Assembly: GCA_963730935.1 (NCBI GenBank)
Contig: CAVSTP010000002.1
Coordinates: 672,001-736,000 of the forward strand
Source: an uncultured Nitrospiraceae bacterium
GTDB lineage: Bacteria; Nitrospirota; Nitrospiria; Nitrospirales; Nitrospiraceae
Direction of reading: 5' to 3'
DNA length: 64,000 nucleotides
The notes under the pieces were generated by a model, which was not told the DNA's origin, ran no database searches, and saw nothing but the letters and a program-made list of their open reading frames with translations. Below are positions 1 to 8,712 of the stretch, in pieces (within the stretch, counting starts at the first letter, position 1; the number at the start of each line of letters is the position of its first letter). The position numbers and the translations under genes are program-made.

Positions 1-1743
1 CTCTCGATCGGTCTTGGACTCATCGAGTGTTGCGCGGATCTGATCGAGACTCTTTGGTGACTCGTTGCACATCTCAATAAGGACGGCGGCCAGCCCATCG
101 TACCGGCGTCGCGTGGGAGCCTTGGGGTTCCGCCCGTCGTATACCGTGACATACCCCAACGCCTTCGAATAATACAGAAACGGACGGTCATTCGAGGCAT
201 GGAGCCGCTGCCATCCCTCGACCGAGGACACCAGTTCTTGGTAGACATGCGGATCGATCGGCCAGTTCTCTAATTCGTACTCGAAGTCGTACGCGATTTT
301 CATCAAGTCCACCTGCAGGGCATCATACACATATTCATAGGCCAATCCCGGGCCCGTCATCCGCACGCCGTAATCGTGTGGTCTGGCATAGTACGGGCTG
401 AACCGTTCCAACCAGAATTTCCCCGTGGCTTCCGGCGGCTGCAAATGGACTAAAGACGGAATCAAGTCGATTTGGTGCAGATAATCGCCGTTGGTTTCGC
501 CGGGAAAGCCCAACAGAATATTCCAGGACACCGCAATCCGGTAATAATAGCTCCATTTGAGGCAAACGATGTTCTGCATCGGCGTGACGCCTTTGTCCAT
601 CGCTTTGAGCTGAGTGGCGCTCAAGCTTTCGAGACCGGGCTGCATGCACTTCACTCCGCCCAGCGCCAAGGTCCTGATCTGGGATTTCTGAAGATTGCTC
701 TTGGTCTCGATGAAGACGTCAAGGTCGCAGTGCTCGGCGGCAAACTTCCCGAAGAGCTGGTCGATGTATTTCATGTCGATGATGTTATCGACCAGTCGGA
801 AGCGAGCCGTATCGTACCGGTGAGAAAGGTACGTCATTTCGCGAGCGACCTGATCGGGCGGTTTGGCGCGAAACCTCATACTTTGGGCATTGAGTCCGCA
901 GAATGTGCAATGATGTTTTTCGCCCCACCAACAGCCGCGGGAACCTTCGTACAAGAGAATCCGATCGAGGCCTTGGGCCGTGTCGCCCAACTCAGCCAGC
1001 AAATGGTAATAGTCGTCATAGTCAGGCGGACCGGTCCGCGCAAAGTCGGTGAAAAGCGCGGGGGTCGGCGTCAGCCGGACTTGACCGTCCTGGCGAAACG
1101 CCACTCCCGGTGGACACACAGTGGAGCGTCCTGCCAGCACCTGCTGAGCGAGCTCCGGAAACGCGACTTCGCCTTCCCCCACGACCACGTGGTCGATGAA
1201 GGGAAACGCTCGAAAGTACTCCAATCCCATCTCTCCATCGTAGTTGGCTCCTCCGAACACGATGGTCACTTCGGGGTAGAGATCTTTGATCAGCTTGGCC
1301 ATCGTGAGACTCGCCACGTTCTGATCGAACGTGGAGGTGAACCCGACGAGCTTATAGCGGCCCCAATCGATCGCGGTCAGTGCCCACGTCAGAAACTGCG
1401 GCGCGATTTTCGTGGCCATTTCCTCGAAATAGCCGATCGGCTGTCCGCTCTGTTGGGCGATTTGTTCGAAGACGGGCTTGAAGACTCGTGGGTATTCCGC
1501 TCGCTTGGGGTTGTCACGGAACAGCAGGTAGGAAAACAGCCATTCGCCGAAGAGCGCGCGCTTCTCACAAATGAGCTCGTACAGCGGCACGCCGATCTTG
1601 TGAGCGAACCGTACGTTCAAGTGGTGGCAATCGACCGCGATACCTTGGGATTTGAGCAACGCCGAAAGGGTGCCGAGCTGGATGGACGGATATTTCGAGA
1701 AGCTGAACGGCATGTTGACGAGCGCCACCTGCGCGTCGTCCAT
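1..1743 (-). CDS. B12-binding radical SAM C-methyltransferase, RiPP-maturation (PoyB/PoyC-like) family; 3' end runs off the window
   Basis: Manual minus-strand translation gives MDDAQVALVNMPFSFSKYPSIQLG..., cobalamin-domain motifs GFTSTFDQ, VFGGANYDGEMG and VVVGEGE, and the CX7CX2C motif RGCWWGEKHHCTFCGLN (about 890-940). An alternative in-frame GTG start is at 1776. It is absent from the ORF track because its stop is outside the window. Confidence 0.9.
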   Translation of the reverse strand, partial: MDDAQVALVNMPFSFSKYPSIQLGTLSALLKSQGIAVDCHHLNVRFAHKIGVPLYELICEKRALFGEWLFSYLLFRDNPKRAEYPRVFKPVFEQIAQQSGQPIGYFEEMATKIAPQFLTWALTAIDWGRYKLVGFTSTFDQNVASLTMAKLIKDLYPEVTIVFGGANYDGEMGLEYFRAFPFIDHVVVGEGEVAFPELAQQVLAGRSTVCPPGVAFRQDGQVRLTPTPALFTDFARTGPPDYDDYYHLLAELGDTAQGLDRILLYEGSRGCWWGEKHHCTFCGLNAQSMRFRAKPPDQVAREMTYLSHRYDTARFRLVDNIIDMKYIDQLFGKFAAEHCDLDVFIETKSNLQKSQIRTLALGGVKCMQPGLESLSATQLKAMDKGVTPMQNIVCLKWSYYYRIAVSWNILLGFPGETNGDYLHQIDLIPSLVHLQPPEATGKFWLERFSPYYARPHDYGVRMTGPGLAYEYVYDALQVDLMKIAYDFEYELENWPIDPHVYQELVSSVEGWQRLHASNDRPFLYYSKALGYVTVYDGRNPKAPTRRRYDGLAAVLIEMCNESPKSLDQIRATLDESKTDRE

Positions 1744-1783
1744 CGCATGCCCTGTCGAATTCGCGTCGTGAGTCACTCTGTGA

Positions 1784-2137
1784 TCACCCACTCGCCATCG
1801 CTCGAAACGGTTCAAATTCCCTGTCGGCCTTTGCCGCCAGGTAAAAATCGCTTTCGGTTAGTCCATTGATCTTATGCGTCCAGATTTCAATCTTGCATTT
1901 TCCCCACGACAAGTGGAGATCGGGATGATGGCCCTCGGCTTCGGCCACGGCACCCACCTTGTTGACGAAGGCCAAGGCCTGCGCGAAGTCTTTGAAGGTA
2001 TACAGTCGTTCGAGATGGCCTTCAGGGCTCAAGGACCACCCGCGGCCGAGTTCCTTCAATAACGCCTGTACCCGATCATTGGGAAGCGGGGGCACACCGC
2101 CGCGGCAGGGGACACATTTGTTGTCAGCAAGACCCAT
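1784..2137 (-). CDS. phhB: pterin-4-alpha-carbinolamine dehydratase
   Basis: 117 aa with CVPCRGG, FKDFAQAL, EGHHPDL, WTHKINGLTESDF. Confidence 0.92.
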   Translation of the reverse strand: MGLADNKCVPCRGGVPPLPNDRVQALLKELGRGWSLSPEGHLERLYTFKDFAQALAFVNKVGAVAEAEGHHPDLHLSWGKCKIEIWTHKINGLTESDFYLAAKADREFEPFRAMASG

Positions 2138-2200
2138 AGCGGCCTCCCGGGTTAGCAGCGAGTGATTATTGTACGGGGGGTTTTACGAGAGAAACAAGTC

Positions 2201-2228
2201 GGGAAGCGGGAAGCGGGAAGCGGGAAGC
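2201..2228. repeat. heptamer tandem repeat (GGGAAGC)x4
   Basis: Read directly; intergenic, next to the stop codon of the ParB-like gene. Confidence 0.9.
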
Positions 2229-2229
2229 G

Positions 2230-3222
2230 CTACTCGGACTCGTCCGGCGCGCCTCCCGATCTGGCAAGATCGTCCATCTTGATCTTGTCTGGATTGAATT
2301 TAGCAGCGGCCTGCATCATGCGGTCCAGAGCGTCGTCGAAGGAGAGAGGAGGGGCATCCTTGGGCCGGAAACGGACCGGATTGACTCGTGCGACGACGAA
2401 GCTTTTAAGGTAGGGACTGGTCAGCCCTTTTGCCTTGAGGATCTCGACCTGTTTGACAATGCTATCGTCCAGCCCCAAGAGCTTCCGAGCCCGTTCATAC
2501 CGCGACTCGATGGCCGTCCGCAACGGCTTCTTCAGAAATTCCTCGACCCGTTTGAGCACGGGATGGTAGGCCCCTCCGCTGAATCGCGGCCGTTCTTCAT
2601 AGCAGAGTCCCAACGTGATCAACGCCGGCTCCTCGAATTCCAACGCATACGCCTCTTCGGTCGCATGGTCCAATTGCATGAGCTCCTTGTACATGCGAAT
2701 CACTTCGAGGGCCTTTTCACGGAGGTTATGGGCCTTCTCAGTATTGAGCGCCAGAATCTGATAGGCGGCGGCCGGTTCCGGAACCACGAGCGACACTATG
2801 GTTTTCGCTCCCAGGGTGCGCATGGCCGAGAGACGATGGTGCCCGTTCGGCGTCCAATATTTTGCCGCCTGGTCCTTCGGCACACGGACCGAGATAATCG
2901 GATCGAGGAACCGGCCGAGCTTTCCGATTACCGCTTCAAGTTTTCTCACATGGGTATCGGACAGGTTGCGCTGATACGGCGTCGGCTCCACCAGGGCGAT
3001 CGGCAGTGCCGCAAGCACGAGCCAATGACCTCCATACGGTTCCCGGTACACCGCGAGGGCCTTGCCGCCATCCTCTTCGATCGCCCGGTGCAGCTCTGCC
3101 ACTTCGCCTGGGGGAGCCGCCGCTTGCAGTTCCGTGGCGGCCAGGCCGGTGGACTGCCCGGCCGGCTTCCGTCTGCGCCTGGCCCCGGCAGCGGGAGCCT
3201 TTTTCTTCGGCTTCTCAGCCAT
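2230..3222 (-). CDS. ParB/Srx N-terminal domain protein
   Basis: VEPTPYQR, FLDPII and TPNGHHRLSA motifs. Start moved to MAEKPKK (3222) to avoid overlap with the divergent permease. Confidence 0.8.
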   Translation of the reverse strand: MAEKPKKKAPAAGARRRRKPAGQSTGLAATELQAAAPPGEVAELHRAIEEDGGKALAVYREPYGGHWLVLAALPIALVEPTPYQRNLSDTHVRKLEAVIGKLGRFLDPIISVRVPKDQAAKYWTPNGHHRLSAMRTLGAKTIVSLVVPEPAAAYQILALNTEKAHNLREKALEVIRMYKELMQLDHATEEAYALEFEEPALITLGLCYEERPRFSGGAYHPVLKRVEEFLKKPLRTAIESRYERARKLLGLDDSIVKQVEILKAKGLTSPYLKSFVVARVNPVRFRPKDAPPLSFDDALDRMMQAAAKFNPDKIKMDDLARSGGAPDESE

Positions 3223-3267
3223 CAGCGGATATGGTAGGAGAGTCGCCCGACAAAAGAAAGGCCCGAC

Positions 3268-4608
3268 GTGCCTCCCTTCAGCACACGCATCGACACCATC
3301 GGCTGGTTTACCGCGAGCTGCCTTCTCATCAGCAACATCATCGGGGGCGGCATCTTCACGACCACAGGGCTGTTGGCGAGAGATCTCGGCGATCCGATGC
3401 TGATTCTCTTGCTCTGGAGCGTGGGCGGCTTCTTTGCGATCGGCGGTGCGATGGTCTACGGCGAGCTCGGCTCGCGGCTTCCACATGCTGGAGGCGATTA
3501 TGTATATCTGCGCGAAGCCTATGGACCGTTGGTGGCCTTTCTCAGCGGCTGGACGTCGTTTACGATCGGCTTCGGCGCGGCCGTCGCCGCGTCCGCCATC
3601 AGTTTTTCCGCCTATGCCTTCAGAATCCTTCCCGTCATGGACGAGACTGGTTGGCGGGCCAAAGGGCTATCGCTGGCGTTGTTGTGGCTCGTGACGCTGG
3701 TCCATTGCAGAGGCCTGGCTGGCGGCGGCCGGTTGCAGCGCATGATTACGAGCACCAAGGTGCTGGCCATCGGAGTCCTGATTCTGGGCGGCTTATCGGC
3801 GAGCGCTGGGCATTGGGGCTGGTTGTCGGACCGGCAAGTAGTCGAATCTCCGAAGGTGGGGTCCCTCGCCGTCGCGCTCGTGATCGTGATCTATTGTTAT
3901 CTCGGGTGGAACGTGGCCGGGTTTATTGCCACCGAAATCGCCAACCCTCGCCGTACGCTGCCGAGAGTGATGATCGGCGGTACGGCGTTCGTTGCGGCCA
4001 TCTATGTACTGTTGAACCTCGTGTATCTGTCCGCCTTGTCGGTCGCCGAGTTAGCGCAGGAACCCATCGTGCCGGTCGCCGAGAAATCTGCGGCGGCCTT
4101 ATGGGGAGCAGATAGCGGACACTTAGTCGCGGCATTACTCTGCCTTTCCATTGCCGGAGCGGTCAGCGCCATGACCTGGGCCGGCCCACGTGTCTACTGG
4201 GCCATGGCGCAAGACGGCGCGATCACCCCATGGCTGGCCTACCGCCATCCCGAAACCGGCGTCCCCGCACGTGCGATTCTCTTTCAAACGCTCTGGGCTT
4301 CAGCGCTGATCGTGAGCGGCACCTTCGAGCAATTGATCATCTACAGTGGAATGGTGCTAGCATTCTTCATGGGGCTGACCCTGTCGGCCATCTTCCCTCT
4401 TCGTTCGAGAAGTCAGGATCCGTGCCCCGCCTACCGTAGTCCGTGGTATCCGGTGTTGCCGGCTCTGCTCGTCTCCGGGGCCATGTTGGTGGTGGGCTCG
4501 AGCTTCTTGCAGCGACCGGTCGAAGCCTTCTATGGAGCGCTGACCGTGGTGGGCGGCCTTCCGCTTTATTTTTATTGGAGACGAAGGAAGGCGCTACATG
4601 GGCAATAG
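3268..4608 (+). CDS. APC-family amino acid permease
   Basis: IIGGGIF, ELGSRLPHAGGDYVYLREAYG, YLGWN..EIANPRRTLP; about 12 hydrophobic segments. Confidence 0.92.
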   Translation: MPPFSTRIDTIGWFTASCLLISNIIGGGIFTTTGLLARDLGDPMLILLLWSVGGFFAIGGAMVYGELGSRLPHAGGDYVYLREAYGPLVAFLSGWTSFTIGFGAAVAASAISFSAYAFRILPVMDETGWRAKGLSLALLWLVTLVHCRGLAGGGRLQRMITSTKVLAIGVLILGGLSASAGHWGWLSDRQVVESPKVGSLAVALVIVIYCYLGWNVAGFIATEIANPRRTLPRVMIGGTAFVAAIYVLLNLVYLSALSVAELAQEPIVPVAEKSAAALWGADSGHLVAALLCLSIAGAVSAMTWAGPRVYWAMAQDGAITPWLAYRHPETGVPARAILFQTLWASALIVSGTFEQLIIYSGMVLAFFMGLTLSAIFPLRSRSQDPCPAYRSPWYPVLPALLVSGAMLVVGSSFLQRPVEAFYGALTVVGGLPLYFYWRRRKALHGQ

Positions 4609-4659
4609 GGGTGTAATAGTGAAACTCCGGCGTCCCGTTTCATAAAATGGAGATGCTGA

Positions 4660-4835
4660 GCGGATACTCAAAAAGGCCGATATTCTCACCCACCCGATCC
4701 CACCGCGTCCAGGACGCGCCTTCCCAGGCAAGGCCGCAACGAGAGAGAGCGATGTGAAAACGAAGCTCGGTGAAAGGCGCGTCTCGGCGCGCCGGGGAGG
4801 GCGGGTGAGAATGTCAGGCCTTTCTCAGTATCCGC
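4660..4835. repeat. palindromic intergenic element (REP/MITE-like)
   Basis: About 36 bp imperfect terminal inverted repeats (GCGGATACTCAAAAAGGCC...GGCCTTTCTCAGTATCCGC). Internal GGCAAGGCCGCAACG is shared 14/15 with the element at 45290-45407. Confidence 0.75.
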
Positions 4836-4843
4836 AAAAATGA

Positions 4844-4881
4844 CACGGGCGACCTTGCACTATGGTGGGAGGTCGCCCGTG
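4844..4881 (-). terminator. probable intrinsic terminator hairpin
   Basis: 12 bp perfect stem CACGGGCGACCT/AGGTCGCCCGTG, with a T-tract on the minus strand at 4836-4840. Confidence 0.65.
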
Positions 4882-5366
4882 GTCGGCGCTTAGGACGCCG
4901 GAACTGCTATTGAATTGTTGCGGCCCGAAAGACCCGCCCGAGGCCAGGTTCTGCGAGTTTCCAGTCGGGGGAGACGTCGTCAATCCCAGGCGCTTATGTT
5001 CCTCGCGCCGCGACGAATGCTCCGACGAAGCAGGCTGATATCCAGTTGGTCTATGGTGCCTTCACGGCACAGCCAGCGGAGATCCGGCTAGCGCGACCGA
5101 CGAGAAACCCGCCCTCGCATCGGCGGGCCTGACAAGCCAGGTGGAGTCGCGTCGTCCATGTCCACCCTCCTCTCTTGGTGAAGTCAACGGGAGACCTGGA
5201 TGACAGCCGCGCGGTCTGTCCGATCTCTCGCACTTCAATGGGGCTTCAGGGCCGCAGTTCCCGTCCTACGCTCATTAGATGATCGTGTCAATGGGGGTCA
5301 GAATTTTATTGCCTGTCGCCATGACGCATATCCCGTACCAAACGATATGGGGTCAGAATTGAGGAT

Positions 5367-6194
5367 TTAGACAATCCGGAGTTTGGAAAAATCGACGCCG
5401 GGGAGAGGGGGTGGTAGCTTCAGTTTCATCTCGGCGAGCGCATGGAGGACGCGATCCGCAACCACCAGGTTGCGGAACCATTTTCGGTTAGCCGGCACGA
5501 TGTACCACGGGGCGCAATCGGTACTGGTTACCGATATCACGTCTTCAAACGCCCTCATGTATTTTCCCCAGAACTTCCGTTCTTCGAGGTCACCGGAATT
5601 CCACTTCCAGCGTTTCTCCGGGTCTTGAATTCGCTCCTCCAGCCGCTTCTTTTGTTCTTTCTTGGAGATGTGCAGGAAAAATTTCAGTACGGCCGTGCCG
5701 TTTTCCACCAACATTTCCTCGAATTCTCGAATTTGGTCGAACCGGCGTTTTACCACTCGGTCGGGTACCCAGCCGTGCACGCGCGTTATCAGCACATCTT
5801 CGTAATGAGATCGATTAAAAATGCCGATAAATCCTTTCGGCGGAACCTCTCGGTGTACACGCCACAAAAAGTCACGAGCCAGTTCGTCCTTAGACGGGGC
5901 TTTGAACGAGACGACTTTGCAGCCCTGCGGGTTTACCCCGGACATCACATGCTTGATCGTGCCGTCTTTTCCGCTCGTATCCATGCCTTGCAGCACGATC
6001 AACAACGACCGGCTGCTATTCGCATACAGCCGTTCTTGCAGTTGGCCAAGTCTGGCGACCCACCGTTCAACCTCTTTTTTTGCAGCCGTTTTCCCATCGT
6101 CGTTCTTCTTGTAGTCGCCGGTGTCATCGGGATCATAGTCTTTCAATCGCACCCGGCTGTCAGGCTTCACCCGATAACGGTTCATCGCGCTCAT
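5367..6194 (-). CDS. ppk2: polyphosphate kinase 2 family protein
   Basis: Walker A QGMDTSGKDG, FNRSHYEDVL, KFFLHISK.EQKKRL, APWYIVPANRKW. Confidence 0.95.
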   Translation of the reverse strand: MSAMNRYRVKPDSRVRLKDYDPDDTGDYKKNDDGKTAAKKEVERWVARLGQLQERLYANSSRSLLIVLQGMDTSGKDGTIKHVMSGVNPQGCKVVSFKAPSKDELARDFLWRVHREVPPKGFIGIFNRSHYEDVLITRVHGWVPDRVVKRRFDQIREFEEMLVENGTAVLKFFLHISKKEQKKRLEERIQDPEKRWKWNSGDLEERKFWGKYMRAFEDVISVTSTDCAPWYIVPANRKWFRNLVVADRVLHALAEMKLKLPPPLPGVDFSKLRIV

Positions 6195-6346
6195 CCTTTA
6201 CGGAAAGGCGTTCGGTGCCGATCTGCAGTGCGCCCCACTATACTTCCGAGGAGCAACCGCTTCTACCACTTTTCGCAGCCGTCCCTCTGACGACCTGAAC
6301 TGCACACGCCACCATCGCGTATGACCTCTGGAGATAGGGATGGGGG

Positions 6347-7396
6347 CTACGGCTGTTTGGGGACGTCTTGTGCACAGCGGAAACCTACGTTTGGATCGTG
6401 TTCGGTGGGATCGCCCTTAGTCCGGAAGGAAGAACGTAGTCGGTAGGCGCCGTTGATGTAAGACCCACCTCGCTGCACTTTGGCCGTCCCTTCGAGTGGC
6501 CCTTTCGGATTGATCGCCGGATTTTTGGAATAAAACTCTTCGTCGTACCAATCTGTCGTCCATTCATACAGATTTCCCGCCAGGTCATGGACTCCGTACG
6601 GACTCTTGCCCTTGTCACGATTCCCGATCGCCGAGACCGTGTCGGACCCCTCCTTCAAACCAAAAACGGCGTGGGCTGAGGTCGGAGCATCGTTGCCCCA
6701 GGGGTACACTCGACCGTCGGACCCGCGCGCGGCTTTTTCCCACTCTGCCTCCGTCGGCAACCGTTTTCCCGCCCAGAGGCAATAGCCGATCGCGTCCATC
6801 CAGTTGACCCAGCGCACGGGCTGATCTGGACGAATCACCGGAGTCTCCTTATCGGCGAACCCCCACGGTGGCTCGCTTTGGATGGCTTCGACGAATTTCG
6901 CAAAACGCCCATTCGTAACCTCGAACCTATCGATATAGAAACCATCGAGAAAGACTTTGTGGATGGGCTGCTCATCGTCGTCCCCTTTGTCGCTGCCCAT
7001 CGTGAATTCTCCGACCGGGATCAGCACCATGGGCGCTCCGTCCTTCCCGACGATCTCTCCCGGAGGCTGTGGCATCGTGGCTGCCTTGGGCGGCGTGTTG
7101 CCGTTGGACGGATGCGTCGCTTTTGCCGGCGGTTTCGCCGGCCCAGGTGTCGCAGAGGGCGGCTGCTCCTTGCTGCCCTCCTGTGAAGGCGGGGACTTGA
7201 CGGGCGGTTTCACTTCACCGTCTTGCGCATGCTGCTTGGGGACGGCTGGAGGTTGTGGGGGAGCCGGTACTTGAGGCGTCTGCGTCTGACCGGAATCAGA
7301 TTTGGGTGCGACCGGTTCAACCGCGAGCGCCAAGCCGGTGAGGCTGAGGCCGGCCAGCATCATGCCTGCAACCGTGTTCTTCCATGCCATAGTCAT
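6347..7396 (-). CDS. secreted formylglycine-generating enzyme (FGE-sulfatase/SUMF1) domain protein with Pro-rich linker
   Basis: Signal peptide, FTMGS, RLPTEAEWEKAARG, YPWG, DLAGNLYEW, RGGSY, VGFRCA. Start is 7396 or 7390. Confidence 0.9.
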   Translation of the reverse strand: MTMAWKNTVAGMMLAGLSLTGLALAVEPVAPKSDSGQTQTPQVPAPPQPPAVPKQHAQDGEVKPPVKSPPSQEGSKEQPPSATPGPAKPPAKATHPSNGNTPPKAATMPQPPGEIVGKDGAPMVLIPVGEFTMGSDKGDDDEQPIHKVFLDGFYIDRFEVTNGRFAKFVEAIQSEPPWGFADKETPVIRPDQPVRWVNWMDAIGYCLWAGKRLPTEAEWEKAARGSDGRVYPWGNDAPTSAHAVFGLKEGSDTVSAIGNRDKGKSPYGVHDLAGNLYEWTTDWYDEEFYSKNPAINPKGPLEGTAKVQRGGSYINGAYRLRSSFRTKGDPTEHDPNVGFRCAQDVPKQP

Positions 7397-7567
7397 AAGC
7401 TGAACGCACCTGCAAATGGAGTTCCTGATGTGGGGCTCTTTAGGGTACTCAAAGATATGCCAATAAATCCAGAGCAGTAACGTCCCTTGGTGAATCAGGG
7501 GGGGGTGGTTCCCCGTAGGGAACGGCCTACGGCCAAGGAAAGTCATTGAGGGAAAAGGGGGTTTTGA

Positions 7568-7846
7568 TCAGCGGCCTATCTTGTATCCGTAGAGCCACCG
7601 TGAGGTGGTCTTCCCGCGGTTTCTTACGCTGTGAACGACGCCGGCGGGAATGAATACCTCTTCACCGACTGGCGGGCGAAGCACGTTACCGTCGATTTCG
7701 AATTCGACGTCACCCTCCATCGTCATCACGACCTCATCGGCCGTGTGCGTGTAATCCTCCCAGATTTGGCCGGGAGGATCAGTCCATATGTCGCAACTGA
7801 AGCCTCGGGACCGCCAGTTGGACCGAACGGAAGTGACGTCTACCAT
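7568..7846 (-). CDS. cupin domain protein
   Basis: HTADEVV..EG and IPAGVVHSVRN cupin motifs. Confidence 0.85.
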   Translation of the reverse strand: MVDVTSVRSNWRSRGFSCDIWTDPPGQIWEDYTHTADEVVMTMEGDVEFEIDGNVLRPPVGEEVFIPAGVVHSVRNRGKTTSRWLYGYKIGR

Positions 7847-7862
7847 ACAAATGCTGCGTCCA

Positions 7863-8135
7863 TTATTCTCCACGAGCTGTGACGCACTCCCTTCCCCACC
7901 CATGAAATGAGTTCACGTGATACTCGACACTCCGCACTGTTGCTATATCGCCAAGCCGCATCGCCTCTTTGCCGGTCAAGTCAAGCTTGCGACCAAGTCC
8001 GAACAAATCGAAGAGACACTCTTGACCCTGTTTCGAATCGCTAAGTGGAGGGTTCGCATATATCAACCACGTATGGGACTGGCAGCCCTCGAGCACGGGC
8101 AGCAGCATCGCGATCAGCATCAGTGATCTCTTCAT
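7863..8135 (-). CDS. small lipoprotein, TRL-like family
   Basis: GGAG RBS, lipobox LEGC, KQGQEC..LFG and C-terminal CVTARGE. Confidence 0.65.
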   Translation of the reverse strand: MKRSLMLIAMLLPVLEGCQSHTWLIYANPPLSDSKQGQECLFDLFGLGRKLDLTGKEAMRLGDIATVRSVEYHVNSFHGWGRECVTARGE

Positions 8136-8235
8136 GGCTCCCTTCTTTCCAGAAAGGGGACCCAACCGTTGTTGGCACCCTTACTCCGCTTTGAAATTGC
8201 AGGTGTTGCTTTCGCAGCCTGACTCGCGACCAAGA

Positions 8236-8421
8236 CTATGTTGAGTGCCGGTGCTGATGTTCACCGTGCTCGCCACTGTGCTGATGGTCATGGCGTTCGG
8301 TGTCGGTGCCATGCTCGTGAGCATGGGCATGCTCGTGCTCATGTTCATGTTGGTGAGTTTGAGCCGATCCATGCCTGTGTTCATGGCTGTGGACGTGCTT
8401 ATGGGAATGGGAACCCTTCAT
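8236..8421 (-). CDS. 61 aa histidine-rich microprotein, putative metal-binding
   Basis: AAAGGAG RBS before ATG; MKGSHSHKHVHSHEHRH...; 22 of 61 residues are His, in an HxHxH pattern. Confidence 0.7.
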   Translation of the reverse strand: MKGSHSHKHVHSHEHRHGSAQTHQHEHEHEHAHAHEHGTDTERHDHQHSGEHGEHQHRHST

Positions 8422-8580
8422 GGGTGGTACTCCTTTCAAACGGTTTCTTGAAATAGTACCACCCTTTCTTGAGTCATGGAATACGTGGCCGTCCACAAGT
8501 GACATTCATTGACCCGCGACTTGCTTGTTCGCGGACCATCCCTGGGCCATTGAGAATTGTTTGATTCAATAGTCGAAAAA

Positions 8581-8611
8581 TGGTGGAGGCGAGGGAACAA
8601 CCATCGTTGAC
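8581..8611. repeat. outer att junction: duplicate of tmRNA 3' end plus type-A arm
   Basis: TGGTGGAGGCGAGGG at 8581-8595 is identical to 14139-14153. ACCATCGTTGAC at 8600-8611 is the exact reverse complement of 12933-12944. Confidence 0.85.
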
Positions 8612-8712
8612 ACCAATACTACACTTTGAATTACGAAGGATGGACAGCCGTCAATGAAATGATGAAAAGTGATTGGAAATGAGTGTTCGCATTCGAGTAG
8701 GCTCGAGAGGCC

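Noticed and set aside
472..1869. 465 aa plus-strand ORF and similar long ORFs (14954-16426, 24755-25783, 38568-39587, 44148-45263, 47025-47987)
   Set aside because: These are antisense shadows of well-supported minus-strand genes in GC-rich DNA, with no motifs.
2230..3222. Chromosome partitioning parB
   Set aside because: There is no adjacent parA and no parS palindrome was noticed; only the N-terminal domain motif is recognisable.
4980..5159. Programmed TAG read-through giving a 59-codon protein, or a RiPP precursor sharing the MDDA start with the radical SAM gene
   Set aside because: There is no recoding machinery or leader motif; the 12 bp match is probably coincidence.
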